Shown here one piece after another: positions 39,874 through 53,838 of a stretch of 64,000 bases of DNA. This DNA is from Marsupella aquatica. Its lineage: Eukaryota; Plantae; Marchantiophyta. The position numbers and the translations under genes are program-made. The notes beneath the pieces are model-generated. The model did no database searches and was not told the origin of the DNA. It worked only from the letters and a program-made list of their open reading frames with translations. The stretch is from positions 17,164,357-17,228,356 of the forward strand of contig OZ316892.1 of assembly GCA_973895155.1 (NCBI GenBank). Reading direction: 5' to 3'. Numbering within the stretch: the first letter of the stretch is position 1; every line of letters begins with the position of its first letter.

Positions 39874-41391
39874 CTTGGTCATGATACGAATTAGTATACT
39901 CGCAGATAATTAAAGATCCAATCAAGTGTAGAGAGAATTGCAGGCCACGTAGCTTCTAAAGAAGTGCTGCCACCCACTATTTTTGAGAGGTGCTCAATTT
40001 GTGGATCTAGTTTTTCTTGTAGTGGTGAGAATAGCTACGAAATTCTACCGCAGAGTTAGCTTTAATGTTTTGGCCTTGTTCTTGTATTCCCTTTATGATG
40101 CATTTATTCCGCTTCTTGAGTACGACATTGTCTGCAAGCCAGCTAGTGCCACTGGCTGGGTGGGAGATGGTCACCAGCGATTTTAGGGCCACTCGAATGA
40201 TGTGTAGCAATGAGAAGCTGCGGTAGGCATTTTTGACTTGATCCAGTCGTAGAAATTACAGGACAAATCATATCGACAAACCACAGGAATGTATTGCATA
40301 TTTTATTCAGGAAAACGAAAATATTGATTCAACAGTTCATAAGAGTTGGTGGCCTCTGGAAGTTTTCATTTGAGAGCTGTTGCCATTTTATTTTGATTGC
40401 CTTAATCTCTCAGGACTACGGATCTTCTGATGGCATTTCGGGGCCAGCAGTATTTCGAAATGCTGTGGAGACTGTTCTTTCCGAAACCAACATGAAAATC
40501 AGGCTAAATAGAGCCCAAGCCCGCCGTTGATTCACCCTGTTGTACGGCTTGGAAGTTTTGATTTTAAAAACAAGAAGCGTACTTTCAGTTGTACAGTTTA
40601 AAATTTCTGATTTGTGAAAATTCCGTCTGTCCTTACTTTCCGTGGCTTTGAACAATACCCCTTGGCTCTTGGCCGAACTGTCTCTTCATTCCGAAAACCA
40701 GTATGATCAGCAGCAGTCTTCATGATGGCCGGTGACAACACCCACGCCATACACTACGCCTTTACTATCAACTGAAACAACGATGTGGAAGACGGAGAGT
40801 TGATGTTCTCCCTAGCCATATGTTAGTTATGTGATGTTACTTGAACCTAATGTACTTTGGAATTGGAAAATTTACTATTTGTGAAAATAAGTTCTGGAAA
40901 CAGTCCGCGGTAGGAGCGTCCTTGACTATGAACCGTCCTCCGGCTCGGTACTATACGTGTGGTCTGCTGTTTCCGAAACTAATATGATATCTACGACATG
41001 ATCGAAGAGCACGTAAGTTTAGGCCGAGGAGAACCCCGGGACACTGAAGCACGTTCTCAATTTGACATTTCTGCTTTGTGAGGAGAAATCTCCTCATCAA
41101 CAACCCATTGTAATTTACAATTCCTGATTTGTGAAATCCAGTGGATCCCAAATCAATAAGATCAGTCCGCAGGTGATGTATGCAGGTCGATGGTGAGAGC
41201 CCCAGTGACAGTGAATACCTGGGAATCATCAACCCGTTGTCAGTTAGGAGTTCCTGATTTGTCAAATCAAGCTTTCCTAACAATGAATCGTGAATTAAAG
41301 GGTATCAACGGGTTGTCAATTTGGAATTTCAGATTTTCTGTTTTTCAAGCCGAATGAGCGGTAAACCTCCTTGGCGAATTTTGGAGTACGG

Positions 41392-41670
41392 AACCCATCC
41401 CCTCTAGAGGATAGTGGGATGGAACTCAAGGGTGGTGAGCACAAGGGGGTTAGAGTCCATTATGGGAAGTGGGGATGAGTTACCAAACAAAATTCCCAAG
41501 TGAACTTAAAAATCCATCATTTCTATGTAGGGCAACCCATCCCCTATAGAAATTAGTGGGATGAAATACTCAAGGGCACTGAGCTTGAGGGGGTTAGAGT
41601 CCATTATTATCCCCAAGTGGAGATGAGTTACAGAGTATAAGTCCAAAATGAATTTAAGAGCTCATCTATC
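41392..41670. repeat. Diverged tandem duplication, unit about 142 bp
   Basis: aacccatcccct.tag...tagtgggatg...gggggttagagtccattat...gatgagttac begins at 41392 and again at 41534. Confidence 0.75.
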
Positions 41671-42099
41671 TCACTTTACATTGCACAGATGTGTTCTGCC
41701 ACTTTTTGCCACATGCGCCTTAACCATATTTGGGAATTCAAATTTGGGAATCCCAGAGTGAATTCAATGGAGTACTTGGTGCCACCACATTTAGGTATGC
41801 TGCTGACCTCCACCTTTGATGTAGTGGGAACACAACCCTAGCCGGATCTGCAAGAGCAGATTTGAGCCCGATAATGCTCTATCTTTAGTTACGAGTCATT
41901 AAGCAGATGGAGGACAATCTGACTGCACATCATTATCTCCAGCATTGCAATGGAAATACTATAAAAAAACGTTTTCAAACAGATTCTTCAAATCTGTGAA
42001 ACTGATGATATTCAGAATGAATAATAATCGCACCAATATTTAGGACCACATGATAAATCCAAATAACTAATAGATTATTTTCTGATTGAAGTAAGTATG

Positions 42100-42300
42100 A
42101 TGATTTACTTAGCAAGTGAGGTCTCTGGTTTAAGTCCAAAATAGCTTAGAAGCCAAGTAATTGGAAATAGCAACGGATTTGCTTTTGTATGTTGCACTTG
42201 GCCTTGGTAAAGAGATATAGCTCAACTGGTAAAGCGTTGCCCTTGCAATTGGGTTGTTCCTTTTATGGGTTGGATGCCTAATTGTCTAGGGGGTACTTAA
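42100..42300 (+). pseudogene. trnA-UGC: Nuclear plastid DNA insert (NUPT): trnI-GAU intron end and 3' exon, spacer, trnA-UGC 5' exon (42211-42248) and start of its group II intron
   Basis: atgatttactt...gaggtctctggtt.aagtcca resembles the plastid trnI intron end/exon 2. agagatatagctcaactggtaaagc...cttgcaa|ttgggttgtt...gggttggatgcctaattgtctagg resembles plastid GGGGATATAGCTCAGTTGGTAGAGC...CTTGCAA|TTGGGTCGTT...GGGTTGGATGTCTAATTGTCCAGG. Order matches the plastid rrn spacer. Comparison is from memory. Confidence 0.8.
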
Positions 42301-42454
42301 TATTGTTTTCTTACCCAAAATCGATATTTAAGTTTTCTGAAAAACTTTGGTATTGTTTAATATTATCAACACACTGAACCTTCTTAATAGTAGTAAAAGT
42401 TTTATTCAGAGAGCAAAGAAAAGACTGTAAAAATTACTTAACCAGTCATAAAAT

Positions 42455-42508
42455 CATGCTGGTCGTATGGGAATTATATATGCCTTAGGAGATGGTGTAA
42501 AACTTGTA
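42455..42508 (+). pseudogene. Short ndhA-like fragment (plastid ndhA or mitochondrial nad1 family)
   Basis: Translates HAGRMGIIYALGDGVKLV, similar to the NdhA motif YAGPLGIIQALADGIKL. Very short, but adjacent to the NUPT. Confidence 0.45.
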
Positions 42509-43277
42509 TTTACTAACCCTTTTGTTTAGTCATATAGAACAATGAATTGGTGTCCTGTTTATTGTAATTATTAGAACAGCAATTCATTATTCAACATTTC
42601 CATAAATAAACAAAATTGTAATAGAACCAAGCTATTGCTGATAAGGATCCACATTAAAGTGCACAATAACTTAATATCATTGTGGTTACATGCATCATTA
42701 ACCAATGCAATTGCGGTAGTGCGCTCCAAGGGGATTGGGGTGTTTGTAGTGCTCAAAATTGAAAACCCAGGCAATTGCATATAATTGACCATGATGGTGA
42801 GGCTATACATGACTACGACACACAAAACTGGAGCACAAAAGGACCTTCAAGTCATGTTGAACTAGAGAATCAATTTCTTAGTTCTATTAAATATTTGGGA
42901 TGACTTGTTGAGGCATGTGGGTATGGAAAAATTACAACTTTGTGGCAACTAGGTAGGTTCAAGTAGCAGCTCAATGTGGGATGTCTTAGTGCGACACTCT
43001 TAAAAGTGTTTCTTGCAAGGATGAGTAAGTAGAATGTAGTGGTGTGTCACTCCCCCATTAATTAAGCAAATCTGCTTGTGTGCTAGTCCTGCCCTAGAAA
43101 TGTAACAACGAGTTCACTCAATCTAGTTGAATGTAGGTTGTGGAACATAGCCTATGACATTACTTTTACCACCACAGTGACCTAGTTAATAAAATAACAC
43201 TCTTCTCTATTTCCAAACATTAGAGGAAGACACAACTTTACAAACCATAAAGAAGGGGCACATCCTGTTCTCTAACA

Positions 43278-45332
43278 TCCTAAACTATAATACAAGGTTG
43301 TGCCTTTTTTTGAAGTGGTAGTCATTCAAATTTGCAGTGTCCAGAAAACATTAATCATGTCAAAGAGAAGGAATAAAGGCTATATTAAATTTAGTGTGCA
43401 CCATAAAAGTAATAAGTGCATTCCAAACAAGAGGGGAATCAAACGGGACAGACAAAGGAGGGAGCCAATGGGACACACAAAACAAGGGAGCGAATGCACA
43501 TGCATGAGTATTAAGTAGGTTCCTGATACGTACACAAGAAATACAAAAATACATAATGTATGTGATATTATATATTATTGCAAGTATTACAATATTGCAT
43601 AATATAATAATGGTAGTAATTTAATTAAAATAGGTTAATTAAACACAATAGATTAGATGATAGGGAGAATGTCAAAAGCTATAATAAAATAATACTTTTT
43701 TATGGCATGGTAGTCATTCAAATTTGCAATATCCCAAACATGAAAAACATGAAAGAATCTAACCAACGAGAAGGAATAAAACCAAAAAAATCAATATTGT
43801 GAAAATGGAGAGCAATGTTTCCAAGCAAAAAATGAATCTAATAGTACAAAAAAAAACAGGGAGGGTCTCTAGCAATGCAGGAGTATCAAGGAGACCTCCC
43901 TTTACCATGTACCACTATAATCCTGATCCTGTCCCTTTACAAACTAAAAAAAGTGAGAATCAATCTTGAATGTTCATCAAAACATAATTTTTTCCACACT
44001 ATCAGATTTATCCATACACCCCTTTTAAAAATGCCCAAGCTACCCTTTAACCTTCCCATACCTGCCACAATGAAAAAATTAATCAAATTTTAAATAAATC
44101 TATCATTTATAAATAATTCTATGTTTTTGAAATAATTTTGAATATAAATAATATATACAACATATTTTCTCATCTTGACATCTTTTATTCATATGAAGAT
44201 CTTCTCACCTCAAGATCTTTGCTCAGATCTTTGCTCATCTTGACATATTTTCCTCACCTCAAGATCTTTTCTCACCTCCACATATGTCTTTTCTCTCCTT
44301 GACATGTTTTCTCATCTCACCATCTTTTCTCTCCTTGACATATTTTTCTCACCTCAGAATGTTTTCTCTAATCGACATCCTTTTCTCATCTTGCCATTTT
44401 TCTCTCCTTGACAAATTTTTCTCACCTCAGAATGTTTTTCTCTAATCGACATCTTTTTCTCATCTTGCCATTTTTTCTCTCCTTGACATATTTTTCTCAC
44501 CTCAGAATGTTTTTCTCTAATCGACATCTTTTTCTCATCTTGCCATTTTTTTCTCTCCTTGACATATTTTTCTCAGCTCGAAATGTTTTTCTCTCATCGA
44601 CATCTTTTTTCACCTTGAAATATTTTCTCACCTCAACATGCATCATTTGTGCAATGCACAGATATCAGGCCCAAGATGTACTTAACAACATCTTTGACTA
44701 ATGACATACTTTATCTATTGACCATTTTGTACTTAACAACATCTTAATACTTAATGACATCTTTGGCATAACGACATCATTGGCGGCATGACATCTATTT
44801 ACTTGACTACAATTTTTTACTTGATGACCTTTTGGGCAACATGCCATCTTTGGTTAAATGACTTTTTTTTCTTAACAACATCGTTTTACTTCATGACATC
44901 TTTCACATAAGAATATCATTCTTGGGAAAACACAACATATTTTCTCTTAACAATATTTTGGGCACCACAACACTTTTCTCTTAGCGACATTTTGGGGGAC
45001 ACGACATCTTGGGGGACACGACATCTGTTTTCTTAACGATATCTTGGGCGCCACAACATTTTTATTTTAACGACATTTTGGGCAACATGTTTTTACTTAA
45101 CGACATCTTTTATGCAACGCACGGGTATTTTCCCTCAACGATGTCTTGGCTGAGACGACATCTTTTTCCTCAACGATGTCTTTGCCAACATGACATCCTT
45201 TTTCTCAATGACATCTTGGCCGACAAGACATATTTTCTCTCAACGACCTCTTGGCCAACTCGACGTCTTTTTTTCTCAACGACATCTTGGCTGACATGAA
45301 TTCTTCTGTGCAATGCACGCGTATTGAGCTAG
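43278..45332 (+). mobile_element. Non-autonomous Helitron A (2055 bp)
   Basis: 5' A|TCCTAAACTATAATAC; 3' hairpin GTGCAATGCAC followed by GCGTATTGAG-CTAG|T; inserted between A and T with no TSD. Both ends are homologous to Helitron B. Confidence 0.85.
44160..45300. repeat. Pyrimidine-rich tandem arrays inside Helitron A (~77-bp higher-order units, then ~32-bp ctcaacgacatcttggccgacacgacatctttt units)
   Basis: Near-perfect ~77-bp copies at 44326-44560; the ~32-bp units are shared with Helitron B. Confidence 0.85.
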
Positions 45333-47895
45333 TGTTTCATAATATCAAATTTTGTATTTGACAATGATACTCAGACCTCGGGAGGTTAACTAAGTGTATA
45401 TTTTGGGGTACCACGTGCAATCATAGTCTAATATAAATAGACCTATTTTATAAAGAAAACATTCCAAAAATATTCTCCATTTTCAATATTAATAACCTAT
45501 TTTACTTTATAAAAGGTATATATTAAAGAATATTTTATAGACATAAGTTTATAATACCTTCTTGTGCCTCCTGCGCTTTTTAAAAATTTATTTAATTATA
45601 CAAAAAAATTATATTTTGGGATCGCACGTGTTTCCTAAGATTTTTAATAGTCAACCCCCGGAGCCTCAGACTTGCCCATCCGCATGGACTAGGTAATCTC
45701 ATCAATGACTTTACACTAGAGAGAGAAATGTTTTGATCTAGGATTAGGCTGACATGTTGCTTGCATGCTCTTTGATGTCTAGACAATTACCTGAAAATTT
45801 TTAAAATTTATTTGAGATTATTTTCTCCATTATATATAAATCAACTAAAAATGAATGTTTCACTGTTGCTAAGAACGCCATGAGTAGGTTGGGCATGCTT
45901 AGCAGATGATCTATTTTGAGAACTAAGGAAACTTCACTTTTTTTAAGGACTAGCTGGGGCATGAGTTGCGACTTATAACTAGGTAAACTAGGCAAAACAG
46001 GATACAACCGGTTGGAAGACCTTTGGAGGTCGTATTTTGGTGAAACCTGTAAAAGGTTATATCTAAGTTTTTTTGAAATTGGGGAAGGAGGTAACGTGGC
46101 AACCTACACTCTTTCCCAGGAGCGATATTTCTTTTGATTTTACTGACAAACGGAGATATAACCAGTAGATCATCCTATATTTAGAAGGGCCTTCTGATCT
46201 GGTTGCTAAATCCAGAAAAATTCCCAGAATCTTAGATCTAAGATTTGGCGAAAGTTTGCCAAAATTAACACACTGGCTATTAGTGTTGTACAAAGCAAGA
46301 TTACCCCTATACTTACAGACAGATTTCTGGGTATGGCTGCTTTAAAGCAAATAGTTGCCATCTTTGACAATCTGGAGGACAATAGAGTTACTTCATGATT
46401 GAAAAATGTGTCGTAAAGCTATTTTCTCACTTGGAAAATTTTGGTTTAGAAAGGAGTTATAGACCTTTCAGAGCTTCACTGTAATATTCTCCAGACAATT
46501 CATGTCTATAATTGAAGTGTCACAATAACAACCTAGACTTACCTACCTACTTAAACTACAACTGCAAATAAAAGAGCTGTGGGTTGCTACGTCAGGTAAT
46601 CCATACTTCTCATTTTGACTATGAATGGAGCGATGGGCAGGACCATTGGGGTGAGCTCCACCTTTTAAGGTGAGCCCCACTACTCCATGGTACCAATAAT
46701 GAACACTATGTAGCACGGAAAGGGTCCTTATGGCAGGTCTGGTTTAACTAAAATAATATTTCTCCAACATTAAGCAATCTTCTTCCAAAGCTTCTAGGTA
46801 AATCAATAAAATAATAAAATAATATTATGTGAGTTAACTAAAGGTGTGAGGACCCCTAAAACAAATTAATATACTGTAGTTTGCCACAAAATGTCATATT
46901 TCTAAGAGACAACTAATTAGCTCTAAAGATTGTAAATCCCTTACAACAAAGTGGTGGGCCTTCCATGTTTTTCTCATAGTGATTTTAGTTAGCAACAAGT
47001 AAGTCACTAAAAAACATATACTTAGTGAACAAAATTGCTAGGAGTGGTTAAAAGGGGAGGGGTTGGCATTATCTTGAATCATTTTTGTGTTACACTCCTT
47101 AGATTTCTCACACTCTTGGGACAAGATAGCTTACAGTTCAGGTGTCCATAGTCAATGAAATTTCAATTTAATAAAATATAAGGTTACAGACAACCAATTC
47201 TTGCAAAGGACACAAGATTGAAAAAGAAATATAGACCTGAAGAGGGGTTCTAGGAAAAGAAAATGAAAAGCATTAAGAGGGGGCAAAAAGAGTTTCAAAG
47301 TCCAATACACCTTATATAAGGCAAATTCCAACAAAATTATATAACAAAAATGTCAATAAAACAAAGTTACCTTAGTAGGCTCCACAACCAAGGTAACAAA
47401 ATAATTTAACTTCAAGTTTATCCCATAATTAATTAAATAGCACAAGCATGAAGTCCTCATCTTATTATAAATGCGTAAGAAGTCTACTTTTAAGGGCCTA
47501 GGGTCTAGAGTGAAGTCTTAGGGCTCAAACCCGTACTATGGACAAAAGTGATCATAAATGTACATATGTATTTTTTAAATGAAGTTGGACAAAAATGATA
47601 TCGATTCCAAATAAAGAAAACCAAAATGAGGGTGAACAAAACACAAGGATGGGGCAGGATTAACTGAAATAGCATAGAAATTTTATGCAAAATTGTTTTT
47701 CTTTATATCTATTTACATTCAAGGAAAGGGTAATTAGGCTAGTTATTCCAACTAGCCAAGGTCAGCCAATGTTATTAACCTTGAATTATGGGATCAATCC
47801 AGAGCTACTAAACCAGAGCTAGATCCCTATACGTGCTATTTTACATGAAAAACCCATCTGCTTCCCGATCTGATTTTTGAAAGAGATTCAGAATC

Positions 47896-49229
47896 TTTAC
47901 GGACCCCATGAGAGGTCCCTTCCAAAATTTCGAGTACCAAAGCATGCCAAGTCAACAACAACTGCAACAAACAAGACTTGTCAGTTTTGTGAATCAAATT
48001 TACAATTTTCATTCATGTTTGTGTCAACTTGGATGTAAATTTTGGGACGCCATACCGTAAAAAGAAATGTAAAAATTAGAAATGCAAAGAGTGAGACGGG
48101 TAAAACTTTCACTATGTAACCATTTTAGTTACATATCCAATTTAAAAAATTAAATTCAAAGATTTAAAAAGTATTTTCATATAATAAATCATGACTAATA
48201 ACTAGAAGTTAAAGCCCGGATGGACTTGCACGTTGTTCATGAAGCTTTCATGGATAACAAAACCTGCATGGACTGGATCAAAACATAACAGTGTGCTTGG
48301 ACATTGCTATTTACATTTCTGTCCATAAAATAGTGTCAGTAACCAAATTAGCACTTCTATCCATAAATTTTCTCTGTCATTAACTCTATCACCACTTCTA
48401 TCCTAAAAATATGTGAGTGGCCACACCATTTTTTATTGAGAGCTTCATTGCTTTCTCCCAATACTCTTCCCCTCCACATAATTACTCTACCTATTTCTAA
48501 CAGTTTAATAAAAAAGATAACATGTAAAGTACAATTAATTTGGTTCTTATGTAAAGACCTTATAAAGTTTCATCTATTCAAAGTAGATGAAACTTTGAAT
48601 AGATTGAGTGCTTCACATTTTATTCATACCGCCTTAAGTAGTTTGCCCACTAGTAAAAACCAAATGAACTTAATTTACTCAAAAATGTTTTTTAATATTC
48701 ATAAGCCCCGCAAAAGGGGGAAAGCAAGCAGCACAATGACTCATGAGCCAAGTAAACAATTCCCACTAAGAAGGCCATGTGGCACCCAAATAAGCTCAAT
48801 TGTCACATATAGATTACAAATTTTCTACACTTTCTTGAGATTCTAGGGCATCGATACTTTGCGGAATGATTATACAATTTCCAGAAATGTTGTTGCAAAA
48901 TAGTTTTTATAGAGCATTGCTTGTTATCGGAAATATAGTCATTTTTCCCTCGGGGGCCCATATCACGGGTGGAGTTTACAAGTAATAACACCTTAAAACT
49001 TAAGAAAATAAAGTTTATTTTTAATTATTTTTTACCCCTAACTTTATGGAATATTCTATGAATATTCTCACTTTTGATATTAAAAACCCAATAGTTCTTA
49101 TAATTCTTAAAATTGGATTAAAACGCCCCTATATTTCTTCAACAAAATTGTAAAGTCTTCCACGCATATGAATTAAAAACCCATAACTTCTTTGCACGTG
49201 ATGGGTCGAAAGAAAAGAAGTGAGGACCC
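47896..49229 (+). repeat. Composite of repeat X (47896-48140) and repeat Y (48948-49229)
   Basis: Same order and orientation as X (12163) and Y (28124), which flank the chromovirus. Confidence 0.55.
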
Positions 49230-49671
49230 AAGATTTTTTCATTGTGAAGCTAATGGAAATTTTAATTTACATGAGCGTTGTTGTGGAATCTTATTTTTCA
49301 GAGACCATTGCTCTTGCTATAAAAAGTGTTTTGACTAATTTTATTGTTATAGAGCTACTTATGATTTATTCTTTTGGGGATTATTGTTGCTGAATCATAT
49401 TTTTCATAGAGCAATGTTCTTGTCATAAAGAGAGTCTTTTTTGCTGTAGAGCTATCGGAAAGCATGTTGTTCATACGGCGCTGCTCTTGTTACAAGGAGC
49501 GCTTCAAGTAGTTGCCGCTATGGAAGCTACAGGAACTGTTAAATGTGCATTTTCATTCTCTATTCCATAATTATACATTCTTAATTTTAGTTTTGGGTGT
49601 TATGTTCTTACCATGACATAATTTGGTGCACATTATGTTCTTATTGTGACAGAAATGTAGGTGGACAATTA

Positions 49672-49825
49672 ATGACAGAATTTAACATCCATTTGCAGTT
49701 AAGCTTTCTCATGATTATGTGTAATATGGTCTGTCGCCTATCATGTCCATGACAGAATTTAACATCCATTTGCAGTTAAGCTTTCTCATGATTATGTGTA
49801 ATATGGTCTGTCGCCTATCATGTCC
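49672..49825. repeat. Perfect 77-bp tandem duplication
   Basis: 49672-49748 equals 49749-49825 (atgacagaattt...atcatgtcc). Confidence 0.9.
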
Positions 49826-51998
49826 CCTGTCACAGTCCATGGGGATAGATGGAGACAACCTAGCAGTTCATCTGGGCTTTAGTTACCTAATAACTAACTT
49901 GATAACTTCCTTGTTAAAGGGTAATTGGCACATGGCGTAATTCAGGCAAACTGCCAGCTATGGTTGGAACTTGAACCCAATGAATTGATACAATTCATTT
50001 GATAAGACACTGATCTGGTTTCAAATGGACTTGCTGCGGATTGACTATTGACTCTCTTAGCTTGAGAATTTGGTTGCAAAAAAGCCTGATTTTGACAACT
50101 TCTTGTGATAACCATGCTATCGACTTTGGCCTGGAAAGCAAAGTATTATTGTGACAGTTGAAAAAATGTCAAATTGCTCAGGCCATGGTTGAATGGGTCC
50201 ACAATGATTCCATGAGAAAATCTAATCTAAACAATGCAAGCTGTAAAATCTATCATATTTGTCCAACACATCATGACTACCAACTTCCCTTCCTAATCAA
50301 ACTTCTCTATTCTGAAAGCTTAAACGTTGCCCTTCTCCATTTGGTGAATAGTTGCGTCAAGGTCACGAGGCTATTAACCTCTAATTCAAAACCTACCAAA
50401 GTAAGACTTCAGTGAAATTTCAAGAATTTCCAATTATTTGAAAGTACATTGACAAATAGGGCGAAAAATATTCTACAAAGAGGACTCAACTACTAGAAAG
50501 CTTAGGGTTCCTTGTTGAGAAAAGCAGATTTCTCAATTATTCAGGGGGAAAGTAGTATTCTCAACTCAAATTGAGTGCCCAGGGCAATTGTGGTCCAATA
50601 TAGTGTCATCCAATGCCCAAATCAACTAACATAAACAAAACTGTGCCTTGAGTTTATTAATTAATTAATGTTCTAAAATTAGTGAAAATATTTCATAGAT
50701 CTTAAGTGTTTTAATGTCTACTAGCAGAACATTATAGACCATATTAGCCTCCCAGAACTCAAGCTAAAGGCCCTTATTTTCCTGGTCATTATGAAGAATA
50801 TTACAAAATCACATTTGTATGAGATAATTTCTCCTATACTTTCATTAAAATTTGCAAAACTATCTCATCGTAATAATGTGTGATACCATAACATTTTGGA
50901 CCATAATAGCCTCTCACAACTTGAGTTAAAGCTAAGATTACATACATTATTTTTACTCAAACAAGGCCTAAAAAATGTAGCTAGGGGTACACAAACTAAT
51001 TTAGAAGTCAAAAAGTTGTCTATTATGAAAATGACATGTGGGTGAAAGGCCCACCACTTTTTTTTAAAGGAGTTCAGAAATTTCTAAAGTTGGGAAACCT
51101 TTGACTGGAAAAAGGACATGTGGAAAAATAATCCACTACAAAAATGACATGTGTGAGCCTAAAAAGTGGGGCCGACACTTTATGAGGCCATCAGCTGTGA
51201 AGAGGGCACTGCTACTGAGTCACCAACAACTAAGGTGCTCCCGGTGATACAGTTTTCAAGATCGGAATCTTTTCGCGAGGGAACACTACCATACAGAATA
51301 ATTTCCTTTCGTTTGTAAACACACGTTTAGATGTCTGACAGAAAATTGTTTTGCTAATTTATTAACATGACATAGTCTAAAAAAGCTTTTTTATTACCAT
51401 TTGAGGAAGGTTGTTTGAAGTTAGAGCAACCTTATCCAATTATCTCAGGATACACAAAGAGGATCTCTATCTAAGAATCTCAAACCTAACTTACGACTAA
51501 CACTCTCAATCCGCTGTTACAGTATTTACAATGCTATGGAACCATTTTCACTTCGTGGATGACATTGGCAATGAAGCGAGGCATCATTCAAGATACTGAT
51601 CTCCGCATCCAGTTTCGTCCGTTGTACATGGATAACTCTCTTTCCGTAACTTTGCTTCTACTAGAAAATTTTGCTTGACGGCCAAAACTGCAAGACCATT
51701 CACATTGCTGGGTGATCTCCGTCCAAGACAACTTCCCCTGGTACGTTTCGGATATTTTCCACCTCAATCACTGTGAAATGGGATGGAGCAAGGCTTTCAG
51801 CACCAGGGTTTTACGCCAGGTCTTGCTCTGTTTGTGAAACACCAAACTCTTGAAAGCAGAGCAGGACGTCTCACACTGAAAGACCCAACACCAACACTCG
51901 AGGCAGAGGACGACTGCAACTGACACACCTTATAACATGATACACAGCAAAGATAAGGTTGATTGCAAGTATCAACCACACCAAATCCTTTCAACCCT

Positions 51999-53802
51999 TC
52001 ACTGGGTAGCCACTGCCTGCTGGGTAGAGTTTGATACCATAGTACCAGCCTGAGTAGAATCACTTGCATCTGCACCACCAGGGAGGGGATGGAATGCAGA
52101 CGAGTATTGAGCCTGTTGATGATTTTGGTATCCTCCACCTGGATTGCCACCTGAAACCATCCCCATGTGACTATGGCTTAGAAGCCCCGCATGATATTGC
52201 ATTTGTTGCAGAGTTGGCACACCCTGGGAAGACAATCCTCCATCCTGCAAACCGTGGTTTGAATCCATCATCGCTTGCCCCTGGCCTGAGTGAGAGGCAT
52301 GGTTATCAGAACTGTGATTCGCCTCAGAGGACTGGCCTTTTGCAGCTCTACGGCGTCCTTCAGCTTTTGCCGCCGCTTCTTCTTTGGCCTTCGTGTTCAA
52401 AAAGCGGCCCCCACATCCTCTCGCTCGTCTAAGAGCGTGCAAATGACGTGACTCGTGAAGGTAGGGCTGCAAAAACACAAAAGCTCATATCAGTGACAAG
52501 ATCGCAACCTTCCACATGACGTGCTCCAGGCCATCAATCTTAGAAGGAAAATTTTATTTCACCTGACCAGCAAATCATGTACACTACAACAGCTCCTGTA
52601 ACCATTTCTTAAGCAGTTCAGTGCACGTAAATTTGCTAGTCTCTCAAAAACATCGTCTTCTTCCTTCTCCAATCGAGTGCCCCTTAAAAACTGCTCCAAA
52701 ATTAAATCAGTCTCTATAGTTGGACATGGTCTATCAGCTACCAACATAAGGAGTACCAAATAGCGTACCCTCAGGAAAAAGGTTGAGCGACCCTGTCAAT
52801 TCTAGCAACTTACCTTGCGGGACTTCACAGTCTTGTTCTCTGATTCGGCCTTTGCTCGGGATTGTCTTCGGCGCAGAATTCCATGATACTGTTTGGCATT
52901 TACGTACACAGGTTCTTCCTCCATCATCTCAGATGGTAGAGGCATGCGGGCCTGCTGGACCCCAAGCATGTGAGGGTGGATCTGTGGAGGGGGCAGAAAC
53001 GGGAAGACGAAGAAGTGGCAAAAAGAGATCATGAGCAGCCTTTCCTAAAACAAGGCAGATTGACAACTTTCACGAAATCCAGAGTCATAATAGTTTATGT
53101 ATACGTTATGCAAGTCTACAAAACCGACGACCAGATGGCACCCTACAAATTTACGTTGACACCTTCCAAATTTTCCAACATCAGCTTAAAAGAAGTAGAA
53201 TCAAAGTTCACTAACCATTGCCTGGGCACCGTAAGCTGCCACAATCCCCCCAAAATAAGGATCTGCGTAAGGATACCCTGATCGAACCTGTCAAACCAAA
53301 GACGCCAACATCACGTCACATCTTCACTGCAGTGCTAACCAACAATAGACTGTGATCAAAACCGACATCTCAACTGCCTTCGTAAGAAATAACTCCGTAA
53401 GCGTTTTGAAGGAAAAACTAATGCCAAATCAATACAGTTGTACAAGGAAGCGAAGCAGTCCGAAAACGTGGACGGGGGTAGCATCCACAGACGTCCACCC
53501 CAGGACTGCGCAGTCAGCCACATTTACGAGCACGAATAGCACAAGCATGATTACCATCGAGTGGCCGAGTTCAAGCTGCGTATGTGGGAGCATATACTCC
53601 CCAGGACCAGGAATGCCCGCTGCGTGAGCTTGCTGCTGATGCTGATTTTCTTCCACTCCTCCTGTGTCATACCCTACACAGACAGCTCGAGCTGGTTCAG
53701 TATCTCATCGGTAGATGTCTCAAACCCTCGACGTAAGCGAGGGCCCTAAGAAGGAGCGAGAGAGAGAGAGAGAAAGACGAGGGGGAGAGGGAGAGAGGGA
53801 GA

Positions 53803-53838
<36 letters not shown>

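Noticed and set aside
42211-42248. Functional tRNA-Ala gene
   Set aside because: Only the 5' exon of an intron-split plastid tRNA is present, with a mutated acceptor stem and no 3' exon.
44160-45300. CRISPR-like appearance of the ~32-bp arrays (also 58390-58890)
   Set aside because: Units are head-to-tail with no unique spacers, there are no cas genes, the context is eukaryotic, and the arrays lie inside Helitrons.
45600-46500. Possible decayed coding or viral sequence
   Set aside because: Stop-interrupted frames with no motif I can recognise; a TBLASTX or HMM search would be needed.
51300-51998. miR169 target site in the NF-YA 3' UTR
   Set aside because: The best resemblance (ggatgacattggc near 51557) is partial and lacks the seed-pairing CAGCCAA part.
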